Positions 50,348 to 64,000 of a stretch of 64,000 bases of DNA are shown in pieces (the first letter of the stretch is position 1; the number at the start of each line of letters is the position of its first letter). The stretch spans positions 1,240,001 to 1,304,000 of the forward strand of contig LSRY02000010.1 in assembly GCA_001643675.2 (NCBI GenBank), read 5' to 3'. The position numbers were made by a program, and so were the translations under genes. The stretch comes from Monocercomonoides exilis PA203 (taxonomy: Eukaryota > Protista > Preaxostyla). The notes under the pieces are model-generated. The model was not told the origin of the DNA. It did not search any database and was given only the letters and a program-made list of their open reading frames with translations.

Positions 50348-50537
50348 TTCAAAGTTCCTTTCAAATTCTTTTTTGATAGCCCTTAACAATTATCATTCAG
50401 ACACCTTTCTCTCGAATTATTGATTCTCTATCTCATAGCAATAACCACCACCCCAATTAAAAACATGTTTATAATTTGAATGACCGAATCTGTCTTGAAA
50501 TCTGAATGTTATCAAAAAAGAGTATGGGCGAACAAAA

Positions 50538-51854
50538 ATGGGAAATCAAGTTGAAGGGCAAAGCGAAGCTGGATTGAGCAGTCCTAGCGTTGTACCAGAT
50601 GAAAAAATTCAAAAGAAACCTGGAGGGTTCGTGATAGAAAACGTGAATGAATTTGGAATATTTTTGCTTGCAATGGTGTATTTTCGATGATTTTTCTTTA
50701 TTTTTAAAGTATCCGAATTTCATCAATCGATTTATTGATAAATTTTTATAATTATTGTTTGTTTGCATCAGATTAAGCAAGAAGAAGAAGAACGACAAGC
50801 AAAAAGTGCTGTTGATGAAAAAGGTGAAAGAGGAACTTCAGGAAGCTTCAGTCAAACAGAGACCACTAATCCTGTTCAAAACGATCAAAAAGCACATGCG
50901 CCGGTGTGATATGCATTTTCTTATCATCGCTTCTTTTTGTTGAAAAAGGATCTTTTTTTTTAGATTCTGACTTTTGAACCAATGAAGGCTTTGGTTCCTG
51001 CCCTTGAACCGTTTTGGAAGCAAAATGTTGTTTCGTTGGGTATTTACTGTGAATTTTTGAATTTTTCAAAAGAGTATTTTTTTTCATTGTTTGAAGGGCA
51101 CATGGACAGTTCACTGGCGCTTTCGTGGGTGAAATCAGTTGAGGAGCAACGGAGGATGGGAACTGCACAGGCTGAAGCAACTCAGTCCAAAATCATTACA
51201 TCAATGCGGCATGCTGGTGGAATGTGTGCAGAGGTTCACGAAGCAACAGCCAATTGCAAGAAGGACATTGAATCTCTTTCATCTCTTTTGCAATCAAGTC
51301 TGATTTTCTTCTTCCACCACTTTTTAATTGCAATTTTCTTGCTATTCTTTTGTTGCTGTTCTGTTTATATGCGACATCCATTCTCTTTTTCTGTCATTGC
51401 TTTTTATGGTAACTTTGTAACATTCAAGTCCAACAGTTGAAGATTCATCTGAATGCTCTCACACTCAAGTTCTCAGATTTGCAGGAGAATGTTTGTTTTG
51501 AACCTATAGGTTTTTTTTATCATTTAACATTGTACTTAATATATATGTATATATATCGATAATATCTTGCGTTATCCTCTCTTCTTCCAACTTTTTTTTC
51601 CCACATTTTTGCTTCTTTTTGTTTCATGTTGTTTGAATCAATTATTTTTCATTCGCATCATTTCGTATTTCTGAATGTTATATTCAATGTCTCAATGCCT
51701 CAATGGCTGAAAATGAATGCAGTTGATGCAGTTACAAACAATAATGCCTGAGAGACTGAAACCACCTACATTCACACCGTTTTCCGATTACAAGAAGCTG
51801 ATTCAGGCCGAGGAAGATAGATTGCAGCAAAGAACATACCGTCCCATCAGGTGA
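50538..51854 (+). CDS. Possible BORCS5/myrlysin-like coiled-coil protein (multi-exon)
   Basis: N-terminal MGNQ myristoylation-type start, LTFEPM, MDSSLAL coiled coil and C-terminal LMQLQTIMPERLKPPTF resembling the BORCS5 C-terminus. Confidence 0.45.
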
Positions 51855-52192
51855 AGCAGATATTCGTCTGAACAGGTGTTTGTTTGATCCCTCAATTCCT
51901 AATACTTGAAATCCGCCCAATTAAATGGATACAAAATCGAAAATTGCTGCCTTACACATTTATTTTGTGTTTGATGAATAGATTCGATTTGCTTTTTTTT
52001 GTAATTGTTGATGATAATGTTGTTGTTGTTGTTGTTGTTGTTGTTGTATTTAGTGTTACATGTTTGTGTGAGCTATGAAAAGATGATTGAAAAGTTGAAT
52101 TGCAAAAATATATCAGAATTTTGCTATAAAATTTCATATTTTATAACGCAAAATATTCGCATCGTATTTGAGGGTTTTCATTTAAAAGAATG

Positions 52193-52757
52193 TCACTCAT
52201 TCGATGAAGTGACATGAAATTCATCCTCATTTATCAATGTTGATTCCAGTCGTTCAATCCGTTTTGTTTGTTTGTTTGTTTCCTTTTCAATTAATCCAAC
52301 TAGACGAATAGCTTCACTCAAATAGGGGCTAATCTCATGAAATCGATTTTCTTTTTCTTCTTTATCAGTTGCCTTAACTTTTTCTTCAATTTGTTTTTTT
52401 GAGTTATGTCTCCCGTATTCGAAGAAATCTTTGCTTTTTCCTTCATCCCCAGCAACAGCAACATCTTCAAGTTTGTTGGTATTGTCTCCATTTTTAAATT
52501 GCAGTTTTTGCTCTGAATTATGTATACCCTTCGTTCGAAAAGCAAACTCGTAAAAATCTGAAACACTTTGTTCCTTTAAAAAAAATGTATTGATGAAAAA
52601 GAAAGTAAAACAAAACAAAGTTAAATAAAATGAAAATAGTTGTTTGAACAAAAGTGAGTATGATGCAAACATTCCAGCAGGATTCTATTGAAGGCAAATC
52701 GTAAGAATCAGGAGGAAGGTTACAAAAAGGAGGTAGAAGTTTTTGGGATTTTGTCAT
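52193..52757 (-). CDS. Hypothetical protein (2 exons)
   Basis: MTKSQKLLPPFCNLPP...CWN, AT-rich intron, then EQSVSDFYEFAFRTKG... open frame. Confidence 0.45.
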
Positions 52758-53963
52758 TTCACATAAAACATAAATATATTTATTTCTCTGTTTTTGCCAC
52801 TTCAATATATTGTTAACTTTATAAACAATGGAGAAAAGATCATACTTCAATTGGAGAAGGGCAAAATGCAAATAATGATAATTTTCGAATCCAAGCGTCA
52901 ACTCTAATGCTTTGGATTTTATCTAAAGTTATCGAAGCAAGACGTGTTTGTGCTACTTTATGCATAAAATATTCATAGTATATTAATGGCTTTTCTTCGA
53001 GAAAATTCATTTCTGTTTATTCATCTTTCCTGCTTTTTCTGTTATAATGGTTACAATATATATTTATAATTGAAAGAGTTGAATTTTCTTAAGCAACGAA
53101 ATGCATTTATCTTTTTTAAAAAAACGTAATTATCATTTATATGTTTTCACAAACCATGAATGATCATGTTTTTGTTATTATTTATGAAAGTGTGAATCAC
53201 TTTCAATGGATAATAATTGTGTATATATATCTTTGGAATGCACAAAAATATGATTCTGTTCATAAATTATTTTGCATTCCATCTTTATTTTTCTAATAAA
53301 TAATCACCAAAAGGTAAATCTGACTTTATTTGCTTTTTTATTTTAAATTGTGCGTATGTTGCATGAAATAAGCAAAAATCAACAATCAGAAATCATTCAT
53401 CCTGTTAAATGTTGAATAATGAGAAAGTGTTAAAGTTAAAAAACTTTATTCATTTTATTATTCATTAATCACAAAAAATTGATTAAAAATTTGAATCAGA
53501 AAAAAGTGCAAATCTAAATTGTCTGCCTGAGATTTCAGAAATTTTTTAAATTTTGCTTTAACAACAGCAAAAATAAATATTATACTGCTCGAACAACAAA
53601 TGTTAAAAATTTCAAAGAGAATAAAAAATATTTAGGTATTGTTAATACGGAATTGTCTAAAAATGCGATGACATTGTCAATTGCAATAAAAATGATGTAT
53701 ATTTATTTGAGGCATTTTATGGCATTTCGATCATTCATGTTGTTGCATTCATTTAGAAAAAATAACAACAATATTCCACAACACTAAAAAAGTAATTACT
53801 CTTATAATGGTTAATTGTTCCTCTCTATTTTTTTGTTAACCGAATGATTATTGGAAAAATTAAATACACAAAAATTATGATTAACATTTAATCATAATTT
53901 TGATCATTATTTTTGATCCTGAAACCATTTTTTGAGTTTTTTAATAGTGAAGATAACCACCGT

Positions 53964-54795
53964 ATGTCTGGAGAGGGACCAATAAGACTCGAAGCGTTAT
54001 TTGATTTTCAAGCGCGTGTACCAAATGAGCTAACATTTAAAGAAGGTGATGTAATTACCCTTCTTGATAAACACCCTAGCGGAATGTGGAAAGGAGAACT
54101 TGCAGGCGTTGTTGGACTTTTTCCTTACAATTTTGTAAAGGAAGTTGGGGACAGTGATGGAGGAGTTGTTTGTTAAATTTGTTTATGTTTTCTATTGTTA
54201 ACATTTCAATATTTTATTTTCACAAGGGAGCATCGAAAAAACCAGCTGGTCCAAAAGAAGGATGGCTTACAAAGCAAGGTTTGGTTATAATTTTGATTGA
54301 GAAATGATTTTTGAAACAATAAAAATTGATTATTAATGCGATTTACAGGTCATTTAGTAAAGAACTGGAAAAGGCGTTGGTTTGTTCTGCGCGATGGAGT
54401 GTTGTATTACTATGGATCGAAAGTTTGTTGCTTGATTGTTATTTATTCAGTATTGTTTGTTTTATGGTAAAATTTTCATTTCACGATTCAGTCGGATACC
54501 AAGGAAAAAGGAATGCACGATCTTCGTGGGTGTGAAGTGAGAGAAGCTCGTGAGCAAACCCAAAAGCCTTATTCCTTCAATCTATACTATCCTTCTGATG
54601 ATAAAAAGAAGCAATTATTTGTATATGCTGACTCCATGGAAGAGATGAAAGATTGGATGGCTGCTATAAAGGTTTGATATTTATATTTGAATTAGAAAAA
54701 CAATTGATGATAATACTGTTCTCGGGGAAATTTTTTTTTGATTGTAGTCATATGCTTAAATTATTTTGTAGGGCCATTACATGTCAGAGAGGTAA
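53964..54795 (+). CDS. SH3 + PH domain protein (multi-exon)
   Basis: ALFDFQARVPNELTFKEGD..WKGE..GLFPYNFV (SH3); KEGWLTKQGHLVKNWKRRWFVL...YADSMEEMKDWMAAIK (PH). Confidence 0.92.
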
Positions 54796-55769
54796 CACTG
54801 TGAATGATCCATCTGTATCAGTTGCAATTCAATTCGCGAAATTTTTTTCTTTTTTAACCAAATTTTGTTTTTTGCTTTTTTTTTATAAATTTTAATTTCA
54901 ATTTCGCGAAATCCTTTCGTTTATTATGGACATGTTATTTTAATTCGATGCGTTTTATGTCAATGTGAAGTTCAACACGTCAACTCTGCCATATTTCTCC
55001 AGGCAGAGCAATACACCTCGAAATTATTCTTCCTGAACCTTTTTTAGTTGAATAATTTTTATAGAATATTTTTATGAAGGTGGTTTTGCCTTAGTCTAGC
55101 ACCATTCACATGTTTTTCTTTCATTCTTCTATATTAAACAGTTTCTTAGATGATGTAAATGATTTCAGTTAAAATCTGCATCTAATTGATTAACGGTTAA
55201 TGTAGGTGATATTTTTTAATTGCATTCAGATTTAAAAATCATAACGTATTCTTAAAATACTTCCGAAAAAATGTGTTGCCATTTTAGAATAACTCTTGAA
55301 ATTCCTTTTCTGTAAATTTCACATGATTATTCTTCTTTTGAGCATAACAAAGTGAGTCTCATGAGAAAAAAAGATTATTTGAAGAAAAAATTAATTGACT
55401 AATCGACACATAGAGGTGATTATTTTTGTTATAAAAAAATTTTTTTGATGTGCTTTTTTTTTTCCCAATTTTGATTGTCATTAAAAAGAGATTTCATATG
55501 AAAAATGAAAATATATGAGTGATTAATTTTGAATTCAAACATTTTTCTGTAAATGGATTATTTTCTGCTTTGTAGAAATTTGCACAAGCCTTTTCAAAAA
55601 AATGTTGAATGCTTTCAAATCATTGTGTTCCACATATTTGTTGTAAAAGAAAGATAGAGAAAGTTCATTTTTGATTCGAATAATAACATCAGATAGATTT
55701 CGAAGTGTTCTTGAATAAACAATTTGTCGCAAATTCCAAACGAAAGACTATAAAATCAAAAAGAATCAC

Positions 55770-56250
55770 CCATATGATGACCATTGCAGTAATGTTGATT
55801 ATCTTCTTTCAGAATAACAAACTTTTACGATCTTGATTGTTGTGGAATCAACAACCAACATCACACTTGGAAAATCTTCATCCATCACCTCCGAGGGTCT
55901 TGCAGTGTTAGAAAATATTTTTTTCAAAAACAAGTTGGGAATAATACGGACTTTCAAGCTTTTTATTCATAAAGTATTGACAAATTGTTTTACTAATAAC
56001 ATAATTAAACTTTCTCAGATTTCAAAATAATTCTGATTTTCATATCTGAAAACAAACATCATTGAAATAATTACTTTATGTTTTGCGACCTTAAACGAAT
56101 TCCAAAAAAAAAATTCCATTTTCTTTAAATTATTTGATGATAAAAAGTTTATCGAAGGTGCAAAATATTTCTATGAAAATGCTTGAAGTCAAATATTTTG
56201 ACCCAGCTTTTTTTCAAACTTCAGATAATTTCATCGATTTCAATAACTGA
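55770..56250 (-). mobile_element. Highly decayed IS5-like (DDE_Tnp_4; ISL2EU/Harbinger-type) transposase fragment
   Basis: Minus frame FPSVMLVVDSTTIKI (D at 55847-55849), followed after a frameshift by QHYCNGHH; resembles the first catalytic-Asp motif of DDE_Tnp_4. Confidence 0.4.
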
Positions 56251-58582
56251 GTGCTAAAATAGATAAAAATGTGTAAAGTTATTTAAAACGTGATAATTTT
56301 ATCTTTCATTTTCAAATACACCAAAAATAATTCAAAATCGAAATTTTTTCAACCAAACTCGGAAAACTTTCATTCAAAGTCGAAAATTATGATTCGAATT
56401 CGAAAAAGTTTCAATTAAAGTCGAATGTTCGAACATTTTCTTTTTTTCAAAAATTTGATAAAAATCAATAAATGTCAAAAAACAGTTTATTACTAAAATA
56501 TCAACAAAACTTGTTATTTAAATGATTTTTTATCGCTTTTTCTATATTATCTTATGCTTCATTTTGAACAATTGTGTAATTCAAATAAGAGAAGATTTAA
56601 AATAAAATTATAACTTATCTCAATTGAAAGCACACTTTTTCCCAAAAAATTTGCCAAAGAAAAATATTGTTTTTATTACCAATTTTGAAAACAATAATGA
56701 ATACAGTGTTGGCTCATTTAAAAAAATTTTTTTAAGTAAAGATATTACATATTATACCGGACATCGCACAAAATACTTGACAAGATCGTTTTCTCCATTA
56801 CCACTCAAACAAAAAATCTGATAATATTCCTCAAGAGATATCTCAACTAAACGAACTCATTTGGCATATCAGACTTTCATTTCCGTGCAAACTGAATATT
56901 TAAAAAATAGTTTTAAAAATCTCGGAGAAACACTAAATTAAATTTCTCCGAGATTTCGATAATAATTTTTTCTGAGCACAAATGAAGCTGCTTTGAAAGT
57001 TTTGTATATCAAATGAGTTTGTATTGATGAGGTCTATTTTGAAGGAAATTAACAGAATTATTCTTTTTGCGGTTATTGTGAAATTGATCTTGTCCGGTAT
57101 TTTATGCGATATCTGCATTCACAAAAACAAATGAATAACATTTTTCTTCAATAGAATTTTCCTTAGTAAACATTAATTAATTATTATAAAATATTCGATT
57201 TCGATTGAAAATTTTTCGACTATATATAATTTTTGGTGTAATTGTTCAAAAAAAAAAACCCAAAAAAATATTCAAAAAATAGGAGAAAATGTTTAGAAAT
57301 TATTTATCTTGCACTCATTTCAATTGCAAAAATGTTTTATGAAAATTTCAAATATTTTTCAAAAATTGAAAAAATTCGAATTATCTCGAAATTTCAACAT
57401 TCCTCGAAGCATTTTCAATTTCAATTGTTTCTTTTTCTGATTCGTTTGAGATTTTTTCGACTTTGATTTATTAATTTCGTCTTTTGTTGAAAGTTTTCAA
57501 CTTCAAATATTTTTTGGAACATTTTTACAAATCAATATAATTTGTTGTGAATCATTTTATAGAAAAATTTATTTATGATAAAAATTCTCTCAATTTTGAA
57601 AATAAATTACTTTTATGATCTCGTTTGGTGAAAAGATCATTTAACACTTACTTATGTGTAAAATTCTAAGCAAGCTTCATATTTCAGAATAACAGAATTC
57701 ATCAATAAAAAAATATAAACATTCGTTGAGTTTATCAGAGGAACAAAATGCATGCATTCAGCAACTTTTGAGAAGTGGGTCAACTTTGCTGTTGGCGCAT
57801 GATTTGAAGAGACTTTCAAAAAAATTAACACTATAGAAAAGGTTTGATTTTGATCACGATGCATCTAATCCAGCACCTGTGAGCAAAGCATGAGTCGTAG
57901 TTCATTTTTCCCGGTTCTGGTGCCTAAGTTACGTATCAATCTGTTTCGTCCCGCTCTTTACGCTTTGTTTGTTGTCGAAGTGGCGAATAACATGTAATTG
58001 CAATTAAAAGATAATAATAATAATAATCAATCAACTCATCCATTTGCCAGCGATTTATTGATACCAAAGAACGAATGAGAATTAAGTTTTGTTGCTTCAA
58101 TCATTCACAAATTTGGAGCTCCTTTGCCATTTGATTTCTATATACAGATGAAGGTAACAATATCTGTTGAACTCCAAGAGCGAAAAAAATGAAGTTTTTA
58201 TACTCAATGGACTTTCAGCGAGAAATTGCGAGGAAATTAATTGAAAACATGAAATTTGCAAACAACAGATATTTGGAAGAAGACCAAAAATTTATGTTAA
58301 TTGCACTTGGACAGTTATAGGAATAAAAACAAAAGATTCTCCTTGTAAAGATGATTTTGTTTCGTAGAAGATACAATCACTAGTTTCAAATTATGTGCAA
58401 CATCATTGATACATCAAATTACTTTAAGTTATGCACACTTAAAAATTTCAGATAAATGTTGCTAGAAATAATGATTTATCACAAATTCTCAAAAAGAAAT
58501 AAATAAAATGAAAAGAAATGAAATTTAAGTTAAAATACTCTATATATGTTATAAGCAAGCAATAAAAGTCGGTTTTTCAACA

Positions 58583-58656
58583 GGCCCTGTAGCGTAGCTG
58601 GATAGCGTGTGGGATTTCTAATCCCGAGGTCGTGGGTTCGAATCCCACCAGGGTCG
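58583..58656 (+). tRNA. tRNA-Arg(TCT), intronless
   Basis: Acceptor GGCCCTG/CAGGGTC, anticodon arm TGGGA-TTTCTAA-TCCCG (TCT 58617-58619), T arm GTGGG-TTCGAAT-CCCAC, downstream T run as Pol III terminator. Confidence 0.96.
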
Positions 58657-59489
58657 TATTTTTTGTTTTCTCTTTTTTCAAGAATTTTATATATGCATTT
58701 CCTAATTATGATATTCTGTTATATTGAAGAAATTGATTTATGAAATGCTATCAGAGATGTTGTTGATAATTTTTTATTTAGTATTTTCTTGAATTTGAAA
58801 AGATTGAAACATGGGTGAAAATTTATTGCCCTCAGAATATTATTCCACGCAATATTTTGAATATTTTCGTTATTCAATAATTTTTCAATATTTTTTTGGA
58901 TTAACAATTATTAATTAATCATGAAATGATTGAAGATCTTGTTTGGAAAAAGTTGTGATTTTTTTTTAAAAAAACAAGAATTTGAACCGAATGCGCACGT
59001 AAGATTTGATTACATTAATATTTAAAAAATATATTATTCAAAGGTTTTATCCGGTTATATTAACACAATCAATGTATTCTGAAACTCTTTTTTATTCTCT
59101 AATCGGAAAATTTAACTTCAAATTGAAAACTTTCTTATTCGTAGTTCTCGATTGTTTCATTCTCATCATTTAACAGGTTAAAAATTTCATTTTTAAACAT
59201 TTGAATGAGTAATCATAAAAAACGAATAGATTGGACAACCCAAAAATGTATTTTTAATTGTTTTAAAAACTTATTGCTCCAAAAAGATTTACGAAATTAT
59301 CAATCAGAGATCAATTTTGCTTTTTATAGAAAACACTAAAAATGTTAAAAGATAAATAAAACAAAAAATTAACATAAAAATATGAAGTTGCTTTATGAAT
59401 AGAATGCTTAATAATGATAAAGCATTTTAATTAATAATTTTTTTGTTTACCTCAAAAGTTACCATACGCTACATAATTGTAAAACTTCA

Positions 59490-61363
59490 TTATTGGCGAA
59501 TTAACCAAGAAGATTTTCTTTCGGATTTTGAGAATGTTCCCTTTTTGCTGGTTGGTCGATGATCTATGTTGAGTCAAAAAATAAACAGATATCAAACATT
59601 GTTTGCGAGAAAATACATTTGAGAATTATTTCAATAAAACAAAACAAAATATATTTTCATTTTTGCATACCTTTTTCACTAACCAAATTATAAGTTCCAA
59701 CACCCGGAGCCATTGAAGGAGTGTGAAAATATTTTATTCTGTCATCTTTTGGTAGGACAGCTGTGGGGTTTCTTTCTTTCAGCAAGTCCATTGGAGGCAA
59801 ATTCACATCAAAATCACCTTCTCTTATGGTTTCATCATCTTTGAATTCAGCCCATTTCTTTGGAGAACTAAAGGAAAGAGACGAAGACGCATGAAATGAA
59901 GAGAGCAAATGCTCCTTAGGATTGTATCCCCAAGGACCAGGCCCAGGCGTTTCATAGTTTTCAGGAGGGAATCTGTCTGATGTCCCGAGCGACGAAGACA
60001 AAAATCCCTTCTCAGACAACGAAGGATCAGCATGAACAATAACTGTCCCGTCTTCTGCTCTTTTTTCCTTCTGTGCATACACAACACGCCCAGTTCTTGT
60101 TCGTGTCAGAGCTTTAAATGACCCATCCACATCATATTCGAAACCAGGTGAGGAAGGATATTCATCTGCATAATAGTCAAATGTTGAGCCCAACGGATCA
60201 ACAGAGTTACGAGAAGACGAAAGGGGATCCCTTTTGTATGACATAGAAAGAGACTTTGATGTGCTGTTAAGTCTTCTATTCCCTGAGGCGGTTGTGCGAC
60301 TTCGCCTTGTCGAAGGAGTAACCTTTTGAGCTTCTGATTGCGGTGGTGTGGTGGGTGGATTAAGCTGATCATCAGATGAACTCTGAGGATCCAAAGATGA
60401 AGAAGACGAAGGCTGTTGATGTTCCGGAGATTCAGAAGAAGAAGTTAGTGCAGATGAAGAAGTGTCAGGTTGAGATTCTGAAGCTTTTTCATTATTTTGA
60501 TTATTTTCTTCTGGAACTTCTTCAGGCTGTTCCAACAGATCTTCATGATTATCTTCTTTATGGCCTTGTTCGTTTTCCATGCTTTCAACATTTTCTTTTC
60601 TCAATTCAACCTCAGAAATTTCATTTTCAGTTTTATCTTTTATATCGTTGCAATTACAAGAATTCAACTTTTCTTCGGAATTAATCTCATCATCAGTTTC
60701 TCTTTTAGGGCTTTCTACTGTTGAATCTTTCTTTTCGCACTGCTGATCTTCTGAAGCAACAACATCATCTGTTTGAATGTCATGAGCTATTTGTTTTTTT
60801 TCTTCCATTTCGTTTTCAAGGTCGTTAACTTGGCAAGAAGTTTGTTCAATATCCTTGGGTTCGGGATCATCGACCATTGAATCTTTTTGAATATTCTGTT
60901 CGCAATTTTGCTGGGAAGATTCCAACTCATGCTTATCAACAGATAATTCATCTTGATCATTTAATATTTCTGTATTTTTCTGATCATTATCATTTTTGAC
61001 ATTTGTAGAAGAAGAAGAATTATCAAGAATTTCTTTTGTCTTTTCATTTTCTATTGTTTCTTTTTGATTTGATTCAATGTTTAAAAAAGAATTCTTTTCT
61101 TCAAGAATATTGTCAAGATTCTCCTCAATTTCTTTTTCATTTGATGAAGCGCACGAACCTTCTTCCTTTGTTTTGATGTCTTCTGGAATATTTCCGATTT
61201 GCTGTTCGTCATTCTCGATACTGTCAGATTTTTCATTAATTGATGATGGAATTTCTTGAACAATATCCGAACTGGTAACATCAACAACATTTTCCCCATC
61301 TAATTCTTGAACGCTTTGGGTTGTTGATGGTTGTTCTGCTCCTTGAATCTCAATATCAGACAT
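59490..61363 (-). CDS. Acidic protein with C-terminal SHIPPO/STPG-like PGPG-Y repeats (probably flagellar or cytoskeletal)
   Basis: RF..YETPGPGPWGY, MAPGVGTYNL, GTFSKSER in the last exon; Glu/Asp-rich N-terminus. Confidence 0.6.
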
Positions 61364-61399
61364 TAAAATGAAGAGATCATTTACGTAATAAAATATTTT

Positions 61400-64000
61400 A
61401 TGATTGATAAAGAAAAACAATCATTTCCCATTGATTCTTTGAAAGACAGAGCTTCAAAAAGATTTTCTTTATATAACTCTGAAAGTTCCGACAAATTTGC
61501 ACAGGTTCATTCACAACTGCAAATAAATGGTCTTAGAAAAGATGAAAGATTAATGTCTTTAGAAATGCGCAGAATAACAGGGAAAGAAGAAGTTACAACA
61601 CATGAAATTACGAAAACGCAATTAGAAGAATTAGTCTCAAACCTTAAATCATTGGATAATGAGATCGTAGTCTCTAGTTTAAAAAAGTTAAAATCTATAA
61701 TTGAGTCGGATGATTCATATTCTGGATATGCGTTTACCAGACTTAATGGTGTCGAAGATGTGATTCAAGCATTAAGAAGAAATGAGACAGAAATTCAACT
61801 TGAATCATTGAATTTACTTACAAATCTCAGTATTTATATTTTTTTGTAAAATCTGTTAACATTATTTAGTTTTTCATGACATTCACATGCAGACAAAAAT
61901 TCGAAACATGGGAATATCACAAACCATTCTTGAGTTGCTAAAGACATCTTCAGACGCTTCTGTTATTGCACAAGTTTGATTATTCACTTACAATTTGAAA
62001 ATTTAATCTTTTCAATTGTTTATTTGAAGAGCGCGATGTGCTTGGGGAACTTATTATCAATTAAAAAATCAAAGTGGATAGATGAGAAAATAAATCAACT
62101 TGTTCTTTGCGGGAAAAATCATTTTCAAACAATAATTTCTTCAATATCTGTCAATGATCAAGATAGTTTTTCAAAAGGAATACTTGATCTTAATCCATCA
62201 ACGCTAAATGCTTTTTCTCAACTTTTATTTTTTTTTGTGAATGCATCTTGCTATTCATCATATGCCCCACTTCTTTCATCGGAATGTAAGATATTTTGCT
62301 TGGGCACATTATCACCTTTACTTCCTTCAAACATTCAGACTGACTCATTAACTATCATCAGAAACATTTCACATCTTCCAGAATGTGCAAAAGTTAGTAT
62401 TATTTTAAATGTTTATAGTTTTTTTCATTTCCCCCTGATATTTATCAATTTGTTCAAATTTGATATTTTTTGATTCATTTTCACATATGAATTTTAAGAT
62501 TGCCTTACAATCTGGCATTCTTCCATCTCTACTCCGTTTGATGAACGACTTAAATTCTTCACTTTTAAGTAAGTGTTCGGCTGTAATGATTATTGGCAAT
62601 ATGTCAACACTTGACTCAGAAACTATTGCTCCGGTCTGTTGTTTGGCTTTTTCTAATTTAATAGATTAAATTATTTCCTTAAAATAAAATGTCAATTTCT
62701 TAATTTAAATTATTTATTTATTCGTTTTTCGATCATCTCATCTTCGATTTTCATTTCCATTTAACTTATCTTCTTATCTTCCTTTGTCGCACATAATTGC
62801 TTCCTAATTTCACCAACGCTAACAATATATGCTTCGTTCTTCTAAAAAAAACACTTTTCTTTCTTCATTTCTTTCCCTCTTTTTCATAAATCTTTAGTTA
62901 TTTTTCCATTATCATATTTCTCATTCACTGATACAAGTTATCGTTCAACACGTTCCTCAGCTCATTAAAAGAGAAGCTTTATTTGCACTTTCAAACATTT
63001 GTGCTGATTCTCTCGAATTGGCGTGTGATGCAATTTATGGAGGGTTAGTTCCTATCTGCGTTTCTATTTTGATAAAATCAAGTTTGCCTTATGTTCATCC
63101 TCAAGGAGCAGTTTCATCCATTTCATCATCATCATCATCAACGCTCCCATACTCACCTTTTTGTACAGATACAATTGCGCAGGCTCCTGCTCTTTCAATC
63201 AAACCATCAGAATTTTCTTCATCTTCAGATTCTTCTCCACTTTCTTCTTCTCATTCAAGCATATCTACTTCATTTCCTTTTCCTGTTCCATTAGTTATTC
63301 CATCATATGACGATTCTTTACTTTCAAAAATTTCAATAAATCGTTTATCTCTCTCAATGTATCAAGACATTTTGTGGATCTTTTTTAACATCCTTTCTCA
63401 TCAGATCAACCCCAAAACATCTCCTGAACGTTTTCCTCATTCTTCCTCGCCTCAATCATTACATCCTCACCGGGATATTCAGCCTCAAATGATTTCATTT
63501 TGTTCATCACTTCAAATGCCAATTGAGACTGAAACAAAAGCTTTGCAAACTTCTGATTGCTCATTTCCTCTCTTCTCGATCCCAATAAGATGCTCTGCAT
63601 ATCAAGCAATAACTCAACACTTCATTCGCTGGAGAATTGCAATTCTTCTTTTATCTCTTGTCAGAATGCTAGAAGAGGAAAAACAATTTCAACAAGTTTA
63701 TCAAATATTGACATTAGTGACAATGCTACTGCAAAGAGAAGAGGAAAAATTGAAAGAAAGAAGTATTGAACATGCAAAAGAAGAGAAAGAGATTAATTTT
63801 GAAAGTTCTGTAGAAGGGCAAATGGAAATTGATAATGTTGACATCGTAAACGAATGTTGTAAAACGGAAAAGTCAAATGAAATTTCATTTGTTAATAACG
63901 AAGATTTGCACTCACATTCCTCAAGCACCATTCTCAGTGAAATAATAAACGAAGGGCATCACAATACAATAAGGGAACTTACCATGTCACCCAATGAACA
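61400..64000 (+). CDS. Divergent importin-alpha-like ARM-repeat protein, runs off the window
   Basis: IBB-like LRKDERLMSLEMRR; IQLESLNLLTNLS, SAMCLGNL, IIRNIS, IKREALFALSNICA. Confidence 0.6.

Noticed and set aside
52019-52047. (GTT)n and similar short microsatellites (also GAAA near 36505, AAAAT near 32275) as an array system
   Set aside because: Simple tandem repeats with no spacers; no CRISPR-like array seen in the window.
57650-58330. Slightly GC-richer coding-like stretch before the tRNA
   Set aside because: Stops in all frames read and no recognisable motif.

Overview
AT-rich, intron-rich eukaryotic DNA in the standard genetic code, with extreme TCT/TCA poly-Ser tracts in many proteins. 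The style suggests a metamonad protist such as the oxymonad Monocercomonoides (inference only). The window has two parts. (1) About 1-19.3 kb is a mobile/accessory island. Its centrepiece is a three-exon gene (8105-11972) in which a USP/C19 deubiquitinase domain with all catalytic residues is fused inside a Sola-like DDD transposase. Directly after its stop codon lies a ~140-nt multi-helix RNA-like fold with a cUUCGg tetraloop, plus-strand-specific G.U pairs and a possible pseudoknot. Upstream is a perfect 191-bp-arm palindrome. The island also holds a divergent USP-only sister gene on the opposite strand, three copies of a ~576-bp module arranged in rough mirror symmetry, decayed genes and a pogo-type transposase remnant. 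(2) About 20-64 kb is compact host-gene territory: a giant Ser-rich DSP pseudophosphatase, tandem-PH protein, two importin-alpha-like ARM proteins, CWF19L2, SF-assemblin-like protein, V-ATPase F, UPF3, Vps33, a PCGF-type RING, a bacterial-like GyrI protein, a BORCS5-like protein, an SH3-PH protein, tRNA-Arg(TCT) and a SHIPPO-repeat-like protein. All calls come from reading motifs by eye; no database searches were run, and exon boundaries are approximate.
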